Positions 26,207-35,018 of a stretch of 64,000 bases of DNA are shown one piece after another. The stretch is from Mariniblastus sp. (GTDB lineage: Bacteria > Planctomycetota > Planctomycetia > Pirellulales > Pirellulaceae): NCBI GenBank assembly GCA_014237975.1, contig JABACA010000005.1:2473-66472 (forward strand). The letters are read 5' to 3'. Below the pieces are notes generated by a model. That model was not told the origin of the DNA. It was given only the letters and a program-made list of their open reading frames with translations, and did not search any database. How positions within the stretch are numbered: position 1 is the stretch's first letter; each line of letters begins with the position of its first letter. A program made the position numbers and the translations under genes.

Positions 26207-27127
26207 TTGTGTCCGATAATAACGGTGCTGCTTGTGGTTAAAATACTTGTCATTGATGACAACCCGGTTGATCGCCATCTGATTGGCGGCTTGCTTGGCC
26301 AACAGGCCGACATGGAAATCCAGTTCGCCAACGATGGGGCAATAGCGCTGGCCATGCTGCCGGAATCCACGCCGGACCTGATCGTAACCGATTTACAGAT
26401 GCCCGTTGTCGATGGCTTGGAGTTGGTAAAAGCGGTCAAGCGAGATTACAGCAACTTGCCGGTTGTCCTAATCACTTCGTACGGCAGTGAGAAAACGGCA
26501 ATCGAAGCGTTGAAGCATGGGGCGGCAAGTTATTCGCCAAAGTCAGTCCTTGAAAAAGACCTGGTTCGAACGGTCCGCCAGGTTCTGGAACTGTCACAGC
26601 ATTTGGCGGCTTCTGCCGTTGTCAAGAACCAGCCCGTTCCGACCAACTTGGCCTTCGTGCTTGAGAATGACCTGGGGTTGATTGGCCCGCTGATCGAGCA
26701 TCTCCAGCATTCCATGCCTGAATGGTCTAATCGTGATCGTCTGCAGATTGGGATGGCGATCGATGAAGCTGTGGTCAACGCGATGCACCACGGCAACCTC
26801 GAAGTTTCTTCTCACCTGCGTGACGGTGATGATGCTGAATACTATCGACAGATTCGGGAGCGTCGGCAACAGACACCTTACTGTGACCGCAAGGTGCACG
26901 TGCAGGCGGAGTTTTCCGACCAGCACGTCTGCATACAAATTTCAGATGAAGGGCGAGGGTTTGATCCGGCGGGCATCCCGGATCCAACGGACGAAGAGAA
27001 TGTCCAGAAAGTGGGCGGCCGCGGGTTGTTCCTGATACGTTCCTTTATGAACCAGGTAGTTCATAATCAGGCGGGCAACCAGATCACCTTTACCAAGATT
27101 CGGCCCGCCCGGGAATCCGACGGCTAG
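26207..27127 (+). CDS. Response-regulator receiver fused to a SpoIIAB/RsbW-like HATPase (serine kinase / anti-sigma type) domain
   Basis: ORF 26207..27127 with a TTG start 6 nt after GAGGA. The REC domain is ILVIDDNPVDRHL...DLIVTDLQMPVVDG...SYSPK. The C-terminal ATPase domain is AVVNAMHHGN...ISDEGRGFDP...GGRGLFLIRSFM. Confidence 0.75.
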   Translation: MCPIITVLLVVKILVIDDNPVDRHLIGGLLGQQADMEIQFANDGAIALAMLPESTPDLIVTDLQMPVVDGLELVKAVKRDYSNLPVVLITSYGSEKTAIEALKHGAASYSPKSVLEKDLVRTVRQVLELSQHLAASAVVKNQPVPTNLAFVLENDLGLIGPLIEHLQHSMPEWSNRDRLQIGMAIDEAVVNAMHHGNLEVSSHLRDGDDAEYYRQIRERRQQTPYCDRKVHVQAEFSDQHVCIQISDEGRGFDPAGIPDPTDEENVQKVGGRGLFLIRSFMNQVVHNQAGNQITFTKIRPARESDG

Positions 27128-27425
27128 GCGATGTGGGGCTGGCGGCAACAAGAGACTCGTGTGGCAAGTCTTGTGCTCACGGGTCAATCGCCCTTTTTTC
27201 CGATGGGAATCGATTCTGTTGGCGACAGGTCGATTCACAAACGCCCGCTTACGCGCCAGACCCTACCGGGACGACTTTTGGCACCCGCACGAGGCTCCCG
27301 CATTCGGTTGCGAGAACGTTCGATTACCGGCCTTTTTGATTATTGAGCCGGTAGCTATATTGGCCACATCCAACAGAATTCCTCAGACTGGTTCTTCACG
27401 GTCAGCCCTGACCGCCTGGTTAACT

Positions 27426-27929
27426 ATGAAGTACAAGATATCAATTTTTCTCGCACTTCTCGGCTCGTGGTTGGCATGGTCGGGCCATTTCAAATTTTGG
27501 GAAGAGGGATTCCATCACTATTTCCTGCTGGTGCTCGGTCTGCTTTCCTGCCTGTTTTGTGTCTGGCTGGCCATGCGCATGAAAATCGTGGACGAGGAAG
27601 GTGCACCCGTGCAGCTTGGGCTGCGCCCCTTTATCAGCTATTTCCCCTGGCTGATCAAGGAAATCGTGGTTTCCAACATTGAAGTAACCAAGATCATTCT
27701 GTCACCCAGAATGAAACTGCGAAGAACCATGGTCGAAGTAACGGCCCATCAGCAAACCGAGCTGGGCAAGGTGATCCTGGCCAATTCCATCACGGCCACG
27801 CCGGGAACGATCTCGGTCCACATGGAGCAGGATAAAATCCAGGTACACGCCCTTTCGTTCGAAGGCGCCGAAGAGGATCTGTCGGGAGACATGGACCGGC
27901 GTGTTTGCAAGCTGGAAACGAGGAAGTAA
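27426..27929 (+). CDS. mrpE: Mrp/Mnh cation:proton antiporter subunit E
   Basis: ORF 27159..27929, trimmed to the ATG at 27426 (MKYKISIFLALLGSWLAW). The MnhE-like motif is LIKEIVVSNIEVTKIILSP...ANSITATPGT. Confidence 0.75.
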   Translation: MKYKISIFLALLGSWLAWSGHFKFWEEGFHHYFLLVLGLLSCLFCVWLAMRMKIVDEEGAPVQLGLRPFISYFPWLIKEIVVSNIEVTKIILSPRMKLRRTMVEVTAHQQTELGKVILANSITATPGTISVHMEQDKIQVHALSFEGAEEDLSGDMDRRVCKLETRK

Positions 27930-28207
27930 TGTTCGTAGTCGCTTCACTTTCTATCCTGATCACGATGGCGTTGGCACTGATTCGAGCCATGCTGGGGCCG
28001 ACCGTTTTTGACCGGGTATTGGCGCTCAACATGTTTGGAACCAAGACGGTCCTGTTTATTTGTGTCTATTGCTTTGCCTCTGGCCGCACTGACTTTCTGG
28101 ACCTGGCGTTGCTCTACAGCTTAATGAATTTTATCGGCATGGTGGCGCTACTGCGGTTTTCTCAGTTCGGTTCGTTTGGCGGCAAAGGCCAGGAGTTGAG
28201 CCAATGA
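27929..28207 (+). CDS. mrpF: Mrp/Mnh antiporter subunit F
   Basis: ATG at 27929 overlaps the mrpE stop (TAATG). It is a 3-TM protein with LIRAMLGPTVFDRVLALNMFGTK, typical of MnhF. Confidence 0.75.
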   Translation: MFVVASLSILITMALALIRAMLGPTVFDRVLALNMFGTKTVLFICVYCFASGRTDFLDLALLYSLMNFIGMVALLRFSQFGSFGGKGQELSQ

Positions 28208-28554
28208 GCATCGCAATCGATATTGCCAGCTGGGCGTTTCTGGTTTTGGGTTCGTTTTTCTCGATCGTGGGCGGCATAGGGATCGTGCGATTGCCGGAGT
28301 TTTTCTCGCGATTACACGCGGGTGGTGTGACGGACACCTTGGGGGCAGCCTTTATCGTGGTCGGTTTGTTGTTCCAGGCAGGTCTAAGTCTGATTGCGAT
28401 CAAGCTATTGATGATCCTGTTTTTCCTGTTGGTCACCAGCCCGACCTCCTGCCATGCATTAGCCAAGTCGGCCCTTTCGCAGGGGCTTGAACCCGTACTC
28501 GACAGTCGCGAGTCGGAATTGGTCGAGCCATTGTCTGAAGATCGGGCGGAGTGA
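28204..28554 (+). CDS. mrpG: Mrp/Mnh antiporter subunit G
   Basis: ATGA overlap with the mrpF stop. It carries FSIVGGIGIVRLPEFFSRLHAGGVTDTLG, the MnhG signature. Confidence 0.8.
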   Translation: MSIAIDIASWAFLVLGSFFSIVGGIGIVRLPEFFSRLHAGGVTDTLGAAFIVVGLLFQAGLSLIAIKLLMILFFLLVTSPTSCHALAKSALSQGLEPVLDSRESELVEPLSEDRAE

Positions 28555-28563
28555 GAGTGTTTC

Positions 28564-29148
28564 ATGGACATGCTGGAGCTAGTTGATATTTTTGTTCTCG
28601 CCCTGCTGGCCGCTACTGCCGTGGCCGTTGCCAGGGTCCGGAACCTGTGGGCCGCCGTCATGTTTACCGGGATTTACAGTTTTCTCGGCGCAGCCTGGAT
28701 GTTGATTCTCGACGCGCCAGACGTGGCGTTTACCGAGGCGGCCGTCGGCGCCGGAATTTCCACGGTCTTGATGCTCGGCACGTTGGCTCTGACCAGCCGC
28801 GAAGAAAAGCCGAGCAAGAAATCTCCCGTCTTGCCGCTGATCGTGGTTGTCGTCACAGGTTCGACCCTGATTTACGGGACGCTCGACATGCCGCGAGTGG
28901 GAGATCCTTCAGCGCCCGTTCATACGCGGATGAATCCCAGCTACATTGAAAAATCAGAGCACGACATGCACGGAGAAATGCCGAATGTCGTGACGTCGGT
29001 GTTGGCCAGTTACCGGGGTTACGACACGCTCGGTGAAACCACCGTGATTTTCACGGCCGGGATTGCCGTCTTGCTGATTCTTCGCAAGCCAGGCAAACGA
29101 AAAACAGAATTGCCCAACAGTGCTGAGCAGAAAGGGAGTCATGGATAA
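28564..29148 (+). CDS. DUF4040 / MrpA-C-terminal-like (MbhD/MbhE-like) Mrp membrane subunit
   Basis: ORF 28564..29148. It has TM helices with AVMFTGIYSFLGAAWMLILDAPDVAFTEAAVGAGIS and NVVTSVLASYRGYDTLGETTVIF. Confidence 0.7.
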   Translation: MDMLELVDIFVLALLAATAVAVARVRNLWAAVMFTGIYSFLGAAWMLILDAPDVAFTEAAVGAGISTVLMLGTLALTSREEKPSKKSPVLPLIVVVVTGSTLIYGTLDMPRVGDPSAPVHTRMNPSYIEKSEHDMHGEMPNVVTSVLASYRGYDTLGETTVIFTAGIAVLLILRKPGKRKTELPNSAEQKGSHG

Positions 29149-29584
29149 TTTCCCCATTATCCGGGTGATCACCAAACTGCTGATGCCTTATATCCTGTTG
29201 TTTGCATTCTATGTTCAATTTCATGGTGATTTTGGACCGGGCGGCGGTTTTCAGGCAGGCGTTATCCTGGCGGCTGGCCTGATCTTATACGGCTTGGTAT
29301 TCGGTTTGCCAGCATTGCAGAAAGTAGCACCACCCCGCGTGATTGAGTGGCTCATCGCACTCGGTGTATTGGTCTACGCCGGAACGGGAATCGCAACGAT
29401 GTTGTTGGGCGGCAAGTTCCTCGACTATGAAGCTCTGAAACACCATGTCTTGCCGGGTTGGTTGCCCGAGGGACAGCACCTGGGGATTTTTCTGGTTGAA
29501 CTGGGTGTTGGCATTACGGTGACGTCTGTCATGACCGTGATCTTTTATTGCTTTGCAGGCAGGGAGCCCGTTGATGGACATTAA
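29141..29584 (+). CDS. mrpB: Mrp/Mnh antiporter subunit B
   Basis: ORF 29120..29584, trimmed to the ATG at 29141 (8-nt overlap with the upstream gene). It carries FHGDFGPGGGFQAGVILAAG, the MnhB signature. Confidence 0.75.
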   Translation: MDNFPIIRVITKLLMPYILLFAFYVQFHGDFGPGGGFQAGVILAAGLILYGLVFGLPALQKVAPPRVIEWLIALGVLVYAGTGIATMLLGGKFLDYEALKHHVLPGWLPEGQHLGIFLVELGVGITVTSVMTVIFYCFAGREPVDGH

Positions 29585-29945
29585 CAGTTTGGCCGGACTT
29601 TTTAATTACTGGATTGTGATTGTTTTGATGATGACCGGTTTTTACATCGTGATTGCCCGGGGCAACCTGATCAAAACGGTGATCGGTCTTAATATTTTCC
29701 AGATTTCCGTTTTCCTGTTGTATATCACGATGGGGCGAGTGGACCAAGGAACCGCACCCATCATTCAGGAGGCGGCTCAGGCCGACCAGGCTTATTCCAA
29801 CCCCTTGTCGAGCGTGCTGATACTGACCGCGATTGTGGTGGGTGTTGCGACCACCGCTTTGGCTTTGGCGTTAATCGTGCGGATCCGGGAAGATTATGGA
29901 TCGATCGAAGAAGATGAAATATTGATACTGGATCGGGAATCGTGA
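29574..29945 (+). CDS. mrpC: Mrp/Mnh antiporter subunit C (NuoK-like)
   Basis: ORF 29553..29945, trimmed to the ATG at 29574. It is a 3-TM protein with RGNLIKTVIGLNIFQISVFLLYI and LTAIVVGVATTALALALIVRI. Confidence 0.8.
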   Translation: MDINSLAGLFNYWIVIVLMMTGFYIVIARGNLIKTVIGLNIFQISVFLLYITMGRVDQGTAPIIQEAAQADQAYSNPLSSVLILTAIVVGVATTALALALIVRIREDYGSIEEDEILILDRES

Positions 29946-31423
29946 TCGAACAACACCTACCGGTTCTAATCGTTGTTGTGCCGCTGATCGCAGCGCCGTT
30001 GTGTGTTTTCCTGTTCAATCGCACACTCGTCTATCTGTTTGCGCTGGCCACTTGCTGGGCCACCTTTGGGATGTCCCTCTTCCTGTTGGCAAAGGTCCTG
30101 GAATCGGGGCCATTCTCCTACGAGCTGGGAAATTGGCCCGTCCCCTACGGAATCGAGTATGTCGTCGACTACTTCAGCGCGTTTGTAATGTCGTTTGTAT
30201 CGGGAATCGGTGCCGTCGTCCTGACCTATGCGCCTAAAAGCCTGAACGATGAAATTGATCCCTCCCGGCACTACCTGGTTCATCCCATGTATCTGCTCTG
30301 CCTGACGGGAATGCTGGGGATTTGCATTACGGGCGACCTGTTCAACGTGTTTGTTTTCCTGGAGATTTCGTCGCTATCCTCCTACGCCCTGATCAGCCTG
30401 GGGCGGAGCCGCCGCGCACCGTTGGCCGCATTTCAATACCTGGTGATGGGGACCATCGGCGCTACGTTTCTGTTGATAGGTATCGGTCTGCTCTACCAGT
30501 TGACCGGGACTCTGAATATGGTTGATATGGCCCAACAGCTGGCCGACGACCATGGTTCACGAACAATGCTGGTGGCCTTTGCGTTTGTGACGGTCGGCTT
30601 GTGTATCAAGATGGCCGTGTTCCCACTGCATACCTGGCTGCCCAACGCTTATACCTATGCTCCCTCGGTCGTCACGGCCTTCATCGCGGCGACAGCGACC
30701 AAGGTCTCCGTTTATGCGTTTGTCAGGATTGTCTACGACATTTTCACGCCCCAGTTTGCCTTTGACGTACATGGTCTGGATCTGTTCCTGACGGTGTTTT
30801 CCCTGATCGGTATCTTTGTAGCTTCGGCCGCCGCGATTTACCAAGGGAACCTCAAACGGCTATTGGCATACTCGAGCATTGCCCAGGTAGGTTACATGCT
30901 GTTGGGCGTCAGCATGAACAACCAGGACGGTTTAACCGGCGGCATTGTTCACATGTTCAACCATGCCATTATCAAGGGCGGTCTGTTCCTGGTGGTTGGC
31001 TGTTTTGCGCTCCGGTTGCACTCGGTTCGACTGGAAGATTTGAGGGGTGCCGCCAAGACGATGCCGCTGACGGCGTTCGCCTGGGTACTGGGCGGATTGG
31101 GCTTGATTGGCGTTCCGCTGACGGCCGGGTTTATCAGCAAATGGCTGTTGTTGACGGCCGCTCTGGACAACGGTTTCTACCTGGTTGCCGGACTGATGTT
31201 GATCAGCTCGCTGTTGGCGGTGGTTTACGTTTGGCGAGTGGTGGAGATTCTATATTTCTCTGAGCCTGCCGATGCGGTTGAGTCGGCCCGCGAAGCGCCC
31301 TGGTCGATGTTGATACCGACGTATTTGTTGATCGTCGGTATTTTGGTCTTCGGGATCTGGACGTCCTATTCCGTCGGCGTGGCCAGCCAAGCGGCCAGCG
31401 CCTTGCTGGGAGGCGCGCCATGA
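29942..31423 (+). CDS. mrpD: Mrp subunit D-type proton-conducting membrane transporter (NuoM/N-like), copy 1
   Basis: ORF 29942..31423 with a GTG start overlapping the mrpC stop. About 14 TM helices. It carries FVFLEISSLSSYALI, PLHTWLPNAYTYAP, LAYSSIAQVGYML and HMFNHAIIKGGLFL. Confidence 0.85.
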   Translation: MIEQHLPVLIVVVPLIAAPLCVFLFNRTLVYLFALATCWATFGMSLFLLAKVLESGPFSYELGNWPVPYGIEYVVDYFSAFVMSFVSGIGAVVLTYAPKSLNDEIDPSRHYLVHPMYLLCLTGMLGICITGDLFNVFVFLEISSLSSYALISLGRSRRAPLAAFQYLVMGTIGATFLLIGIGLLYQLTGTLNMVDMAQQLADDHGSRTMLVAFAFVTVGLCIKMAVFPLHTWLPNAYTYAPSVVTAFIAATATKVSVYAFVRIVYDIFTPQFAFDVHGLDLFLTVFSLIGIFVASAAAIYQGNLKRLLAYSSIAQVGYMLLGVSMNNQDGLTGGIVHMFNHAIIKGGLFLVVGCFALRLHSVRLEDLRGAAKTMPLTAFAWVLGGLGLIGVPLTAGFISKWLLLTAALDNGFYLVAGLMLISSLLAVVYVWRVVEILYFSEPADAVESAREAPWSMLIPTYLLIVGILVFGIWTSYSVGVASQAASALLGGAP

Positions 31424-32904
31424 CCTTGACTCCTGCTCTGTTGATCGTCGTTTCGCTGGCCTTGCCGTTCTTGGTATTGGTGTTGATCGGGCTGTTTGGC
31501 AAGCTGCCCAACCTGCGCGACGGATTGACCCTGGTTTTGTCTTCGGTCCTGTTCTACGTAGTTTGTTGTTTGGCCGATCACGTGTTCCAGGGAGGTCGGC
31601 CGGAACTGGTGTTGGGCAACCTGCTGCCAGGGTTTTCTATCGGGTTCAAGGTCGAACCGCTGGGCATGGTGTTCGCGCTGGTTGCGTCGGGATTGTGGAT
31701 CGCAACCACCGTTTACGCCATTGGTTATATGCGAGCCCACCACGAAAAACACCAAACTCGGTTTTTTGCCTGTTTCGCGATTGCCATTTTTGCCGCGCTG
31801 GCGGCGGCGTTTTCCGCCAACCTGTTTACGCTGTTCGTGGCGTACGAGTTAATGACCATTTCGACTTATCCGCTGGTGACCCATCATGGAACGGAAAAAG
31901 CGAAACTGGGCGGACGAACCTACCTGGGGATTCTGCTATTTACATCGATCGCATTTTTCATGTTGGCCATTGGGTGGACGTGGAGCGTCGCTCACACGCT
32001 GGAGTTTCAGCCGGGCGGGATTTTACAGGGCTCGTACGAATCGGGCGGTATTCAGCAGTGGCAGTTGATGTTGCTGTTGGCGCTGTTCGCCTTTGGGATT
32101 GGCAAAGCGGCACTGATGCCGTTCCACCGCTGGTTGCCCGCCGCGATGGTTGCCCCCACCCCGGTCAGCGCGCTGTTGCATGCCGTGGCCGTGGTCAAGG
32201 TGGGTGTATTTTCGATTCTCAAAGTAGCCGTTTACGTGTTCGGTATGGACCTGATACGCGAAACCAGCATCGGCGAGTGGCTGGCTTATGCTGCCGGTGC
32301 GACGATTCTGTTGGCATCACTGGTGGCCATGACCAAGGACAACCTGAAAGCCCGGCTGGCCTATTCGACGGTTAGCCAGTTGGCCTACATCACACTGGGG
32401 GCCGCCCTGGCGACACCTGCCAGCGTGGTGGGAGGCGGAATGCATATCGTGATGCACGCGGTTGGCAAAATCACCCTGTTCTTTTGTGCGGGTGCCATCT
32501 ATGTCGCAACTCACAAGACCGACATCAGTGACATGCGTGGCCTGGGCCGAGCCATGCCGCTGACGATGGGTGCTTTTTTCATTGCCTCGATCAGCATCAT
32601 TGGCTTGCCACCTGGTGGCGGGGTCTGGAGCAAATGGTTCCTGGCGCTCGGTACGGTCGAGACACACCATCTGTTTTTACTGGCCGTGCTGATGATCAGT
32701 TCCCTGTTGAACATTGCCTATCTGATCCCGATCCCGATCCGAGGTTTCATGAAACCGGTGACGGGCGATCCACCAACCTTCAAAGAGGCTCCGATGATGT
32801 GTGTGGTACCGCTTTGTTGTACGGCGGTTGGCACGATCGTCCTGTTCTTTCTCGCCAACGGGTTATACGAGGTGTTGTTGCCCATCACGGAGGTAGCCAA
32901 GTAA
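31420..32904 (+). CDS. mrpD: Mrp subunit D-type proton-conducting membrane transporter, copy 2
   Basis: ORF 31420..32904 with an ATGA overlap to copy 1. It carries FVAYELMTISTYPLV, PFHRWLPAAMVAPTPVSALLHA, LAYSTVSQLAYI and HAVGKITLFFCAG. Confidence 0.85.
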   Translation: MTLTPALLIVVSLALPFLVLVLIGLFGKLPNLRDGLTLVLSSVLFYVVCCLADHVFQGGRPELVLGNLLPGFSIGFKVEPLGMVFALVASGLWIATTVYAIGYMRAHHEKHQTRFFACFAIAIFAALAAAFSANLFTLFVAYELMTISTYPLVTHHGTEKAKLGGRTYLGILLFTSIAFFMLAIGWTWSVAHTLEFQPGGILQGSYESGGIQQWQLMLLLALFAFGIGKAALMPFHRWLPAAMVAPTPVSALLHAVAVVKVGVFSILKVAVYVFGMDLIRETSIGEWLAYAAGATILLASLVAMTKDNLKARLAYSTVSQLAYITLGAALATPASVVGGGMHIVMHAVGKITLFFCAGAIYVATHKTDISDMRGLGRAMPLTMGAFFIASISIIGLPPGGGVWSKWFLALGTVETHHLFLLAVLMISSLLNIAYLIPIPIRGFMKPVTGDPPTFKEAPMMCVVPLCCTAVGTIVLFFLANGLYEVLLPITEVAK

Positions 32905-32907
32905 GCG

Positions 32908-33183
32908 ATGAACGAACAAGAAAAAGTTGAAACGAGTGAAGCTCCGCAGGGTTGGTTCTATCAGCCCGCCAACATTCGCTTGCTGATCATTGGACTGGTC
33001 GTTGCCTGCCTGGCCGCGGTCGGGGCACAATTTTTGTACACCGACGACCATCCTCATTTTGACGTAGAGAAATGGTACGGCTTCCAGGCGGGGTTTGGTT
33101 TCGCCGCATTTGTAGTGGTGGTCATGCTGGGAAAAATACTGCGGATATTCGTTGCCCGGCCGGAGGACTACTATGATTCATAG
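32908..33183 (+). CDS. Small 2-TM protein embedded in the Mrp cluster
   Basis: ORF 32908..33183. It starts 4 nt after copy 2 and overlaps the next gene by 11 nt. Its two hydrophobic helices are IRLLIIGLVVACLAAVGAQF and FGFAAFVVVVMLGKIL. No family recognised. Confidence 0.5.
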   Translation: MNEQEKVETSEAPQGWFYQPANIRLLIIGLVVACLAAVGAQFLYTDDHPHFDVEKWYGFQAGFGFAAFVVVVMLGKILRIFVARPEDYYDS

Positions 33184-34876
33184 CTTGCCTCCCGGCACGA
33201 TCATGATCGTGGGCGGTTTGCTGATACCGCTCATTTGGCGCAATGCGCAATCGGCAATGGCCTTGATCCTGACGATTGGCAGCCTGGCGATGTTCCTGCT
33301 AACTCCCAGTGGCGAATATGGCCAGATCGAGTTGTTTGGCCAGTCGTTGGTGCTGGTGCGAATTGATTCCCTGAGCCGCATCTTTGGCATCATTTTTCAT
33401 ATTGCCGCGATCGTGTCGGCCATCTACGCGTTGCATCTCAAAGACGCCAAGCAGCATGTTGCCGGGATGGTTTACGCCGGTGGAGCGATTGGTGCCTGTT
33501 GTGCAGGTGACTTGATTACGTTGTTCTTTTTCTGGGAACTGACCGCCATTTCCTCCGTGTTTCTCGTCTGGGCGAGTAACACCGAACGATCCTATCGATC
33601 CGGCATCAGGTATTTGCTCATTCAGGTTGGATCGGGCGTCCTGTTGTTGTCGGGTGCCATTGTCCGCTATGTCGAAACGGGTTCGATCCGTTTTGATTTA
33701 TTGGTCGAGCCCGGTGCCAGCATGAGCATCGGCACGCTGTTGATATTCCTCGCCTTTGGCATCAAGTGCGCCTTTCCCCTGTTGCATAACTGGTTACAGG
33801 ACGCCTATCCGGAAGCGACCGTCACCGGCGCCGTCTTTCTGAGTGCCTTTACGACCAAACTGGCGATCTACTCGTTGGCGCGGGGGTTTGCCGGCACCGA
33901 GTCACTGATCTGGATCGGCTGCGCGATGACCCTGTTCCCGATCCTGTTTGCCGTCATTGAAAACGACCTGCGGCGAGTGCTGGCCTATAGCTTGAATAAC
34001 CAGCTGGGGTTCATGGTCGTCGGCATTGGCATTGGAACGGAGCTGGCCATCAACGGGGCAGCGGCCCATGCATTTTGCCACATCCTGTATAAGGCACTGT
34101 TGTTCATGTCGATGGGCGCGGTGTTGTATCGCGTAGGTACCGTCAAGGCAACCGAGCTGGGCGGGTTGTACAAGTCGATGCCCTGGACGACCGTGTTCTG
34201 CATGATTGGTGCCGGTTCGATTGCCGGCTTCCCGTTGCTCAGTGGCTTTATCAGTAAATCGATGATTATTACGGCTGCCGCGGAAGAACACATGCTGTTG
34301 GTCTGGATCGTGTTGCTAATTGCGTCGGCCGGCGTGATGGAGCATTCGGGCATCAAGATCCCCTTCTTTGCTTTCTTCTCGCACGACTCGGGCAAACGTC
34401 CCAAGGAAGCGCCCTGGAATATGTTGTTGGCGATGGGAATCGCGGCCGCGTTCTGTGTAGGCCTGGGCATTGGATACCCCTGGCTGTACAAACTATTGCC
34501 CTGGCAGGCAGGCTATGAACCATACACATGGCCGCATGTCGTGACCCAGCTCCAGTTGCTGCTATTTGCTGCGCTGGCGTTTGTGGTGTTGATGTTAAGC
34601 GGCCTGTATCCTGCCGAATTGCGAAAAATCAACCTCGACACGGATTGGATTTATCGCCGGCTGCTGCCCAGAATGGTTGGCCGGATCGGGCAATGGATTC
34701 GTCAGGTCGATGCGCTTGTACGCCAGACGGTGATGCGAGGTTTGAAAGCGCTGCTCGAGTATCTGGGTGACCGATTTAGCGAGCGAGGCATTTTGGGTGG
34801 CACCTGGACGACGGGCGTGATGGCGGTCTGGGCGACCATTTTGTTATGCCTGTGCCTGCTGCTCAATTACCTCTAA
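33173..34876 (+). CDS. Mrp subunit A/D-type proton-conducting membrane transporter (NuoL/M-like), copy 3
   Basis: ORF 33152..34876, trimmed to the ATG at 33173. It carries FFFWELTAISSVFLVW, PLLHNWLQDAYPEATVTGAVFLSAF, LAYSLNNQLGFMV and HAFCHILYKALLFM, with extra C-terminal helices. Confidence 0.8.
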   Translation: MIHSLPPGTIMIVGGLLIPLIWRNAQSAMALILTIGSLAMFLLTPSGEYGQIELFGQSLVLVRIDSLSRIFGIIFHIAAIVSAIYALHLKDAKQHVAGMVYAGGAIGACCAGDLITLFFFWELTAISSVFLVWASNTERSYRSGIRYLLIQVGSGVLLLSGAIVRYVETGSIRFDLLVEPGASMSIGTLLIFLAFGIKCAFPLLHNWLQDAYPEATVTGAVFLSAFTTKLAIYSLARGFAGTESLIWIGCAMTLFPILFAVIENDLRRVLAYSLNNQLGFMVVGIGIGTELAINGAAAHAFCHILYKALLFMSMGAVLYRVGTVKATELGGLYKSMPWTTVFCMIGAGSIAGFPLLSGFISKSMIITAAAEEHMLLVWIVLLIASAGVMEHSGIKIPFFAFFSHDSGKRPKEAPWNMLLAMGIAAAFCVGLGIGYPWLYKLLPWQAGYEPYTWPHVVTQLQLLLFAALAFVVLMLSGLYPAELRKINLDTDWIYRRLLPRMVGRIGQWIRQVDALVRQTVMRGLKALLEYLGDRFSERGILGGTWTTGVMAVWATILLCLCLLLNYL

Positions 34877-35018
34877 AGCCGGGAAAAGCGCCCCAATACC
34901 ATTTCACTCGTTGCCCAGGCAGTGCCTCTAATTTGCGAGCAAGCCATTTATGGTTAACCTGTTAAAGGACGACCGTTTTCGTAACCGTTACTAGACGCTT
35001 CCTGTCCAGAAATCGCGG

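Noticed and set aside
27159-27425. 89-codon N-terminal extension of the mrpE ORF
   Set aside because: The extension is Arg/Pro-rich and non-membrane, and it lies in the 300-bp intergenic region. MrpE homology and hydrophobic helices begin at the ATG at 27426.
31563-32375. 270-aa alternate-frame plus-strand ORF inside the second mrpD gene
   Set aside because: It is Arg/Gly/Val-rich with no TM helices, while the mrpD frame shows full NuoM/N-type motifs.
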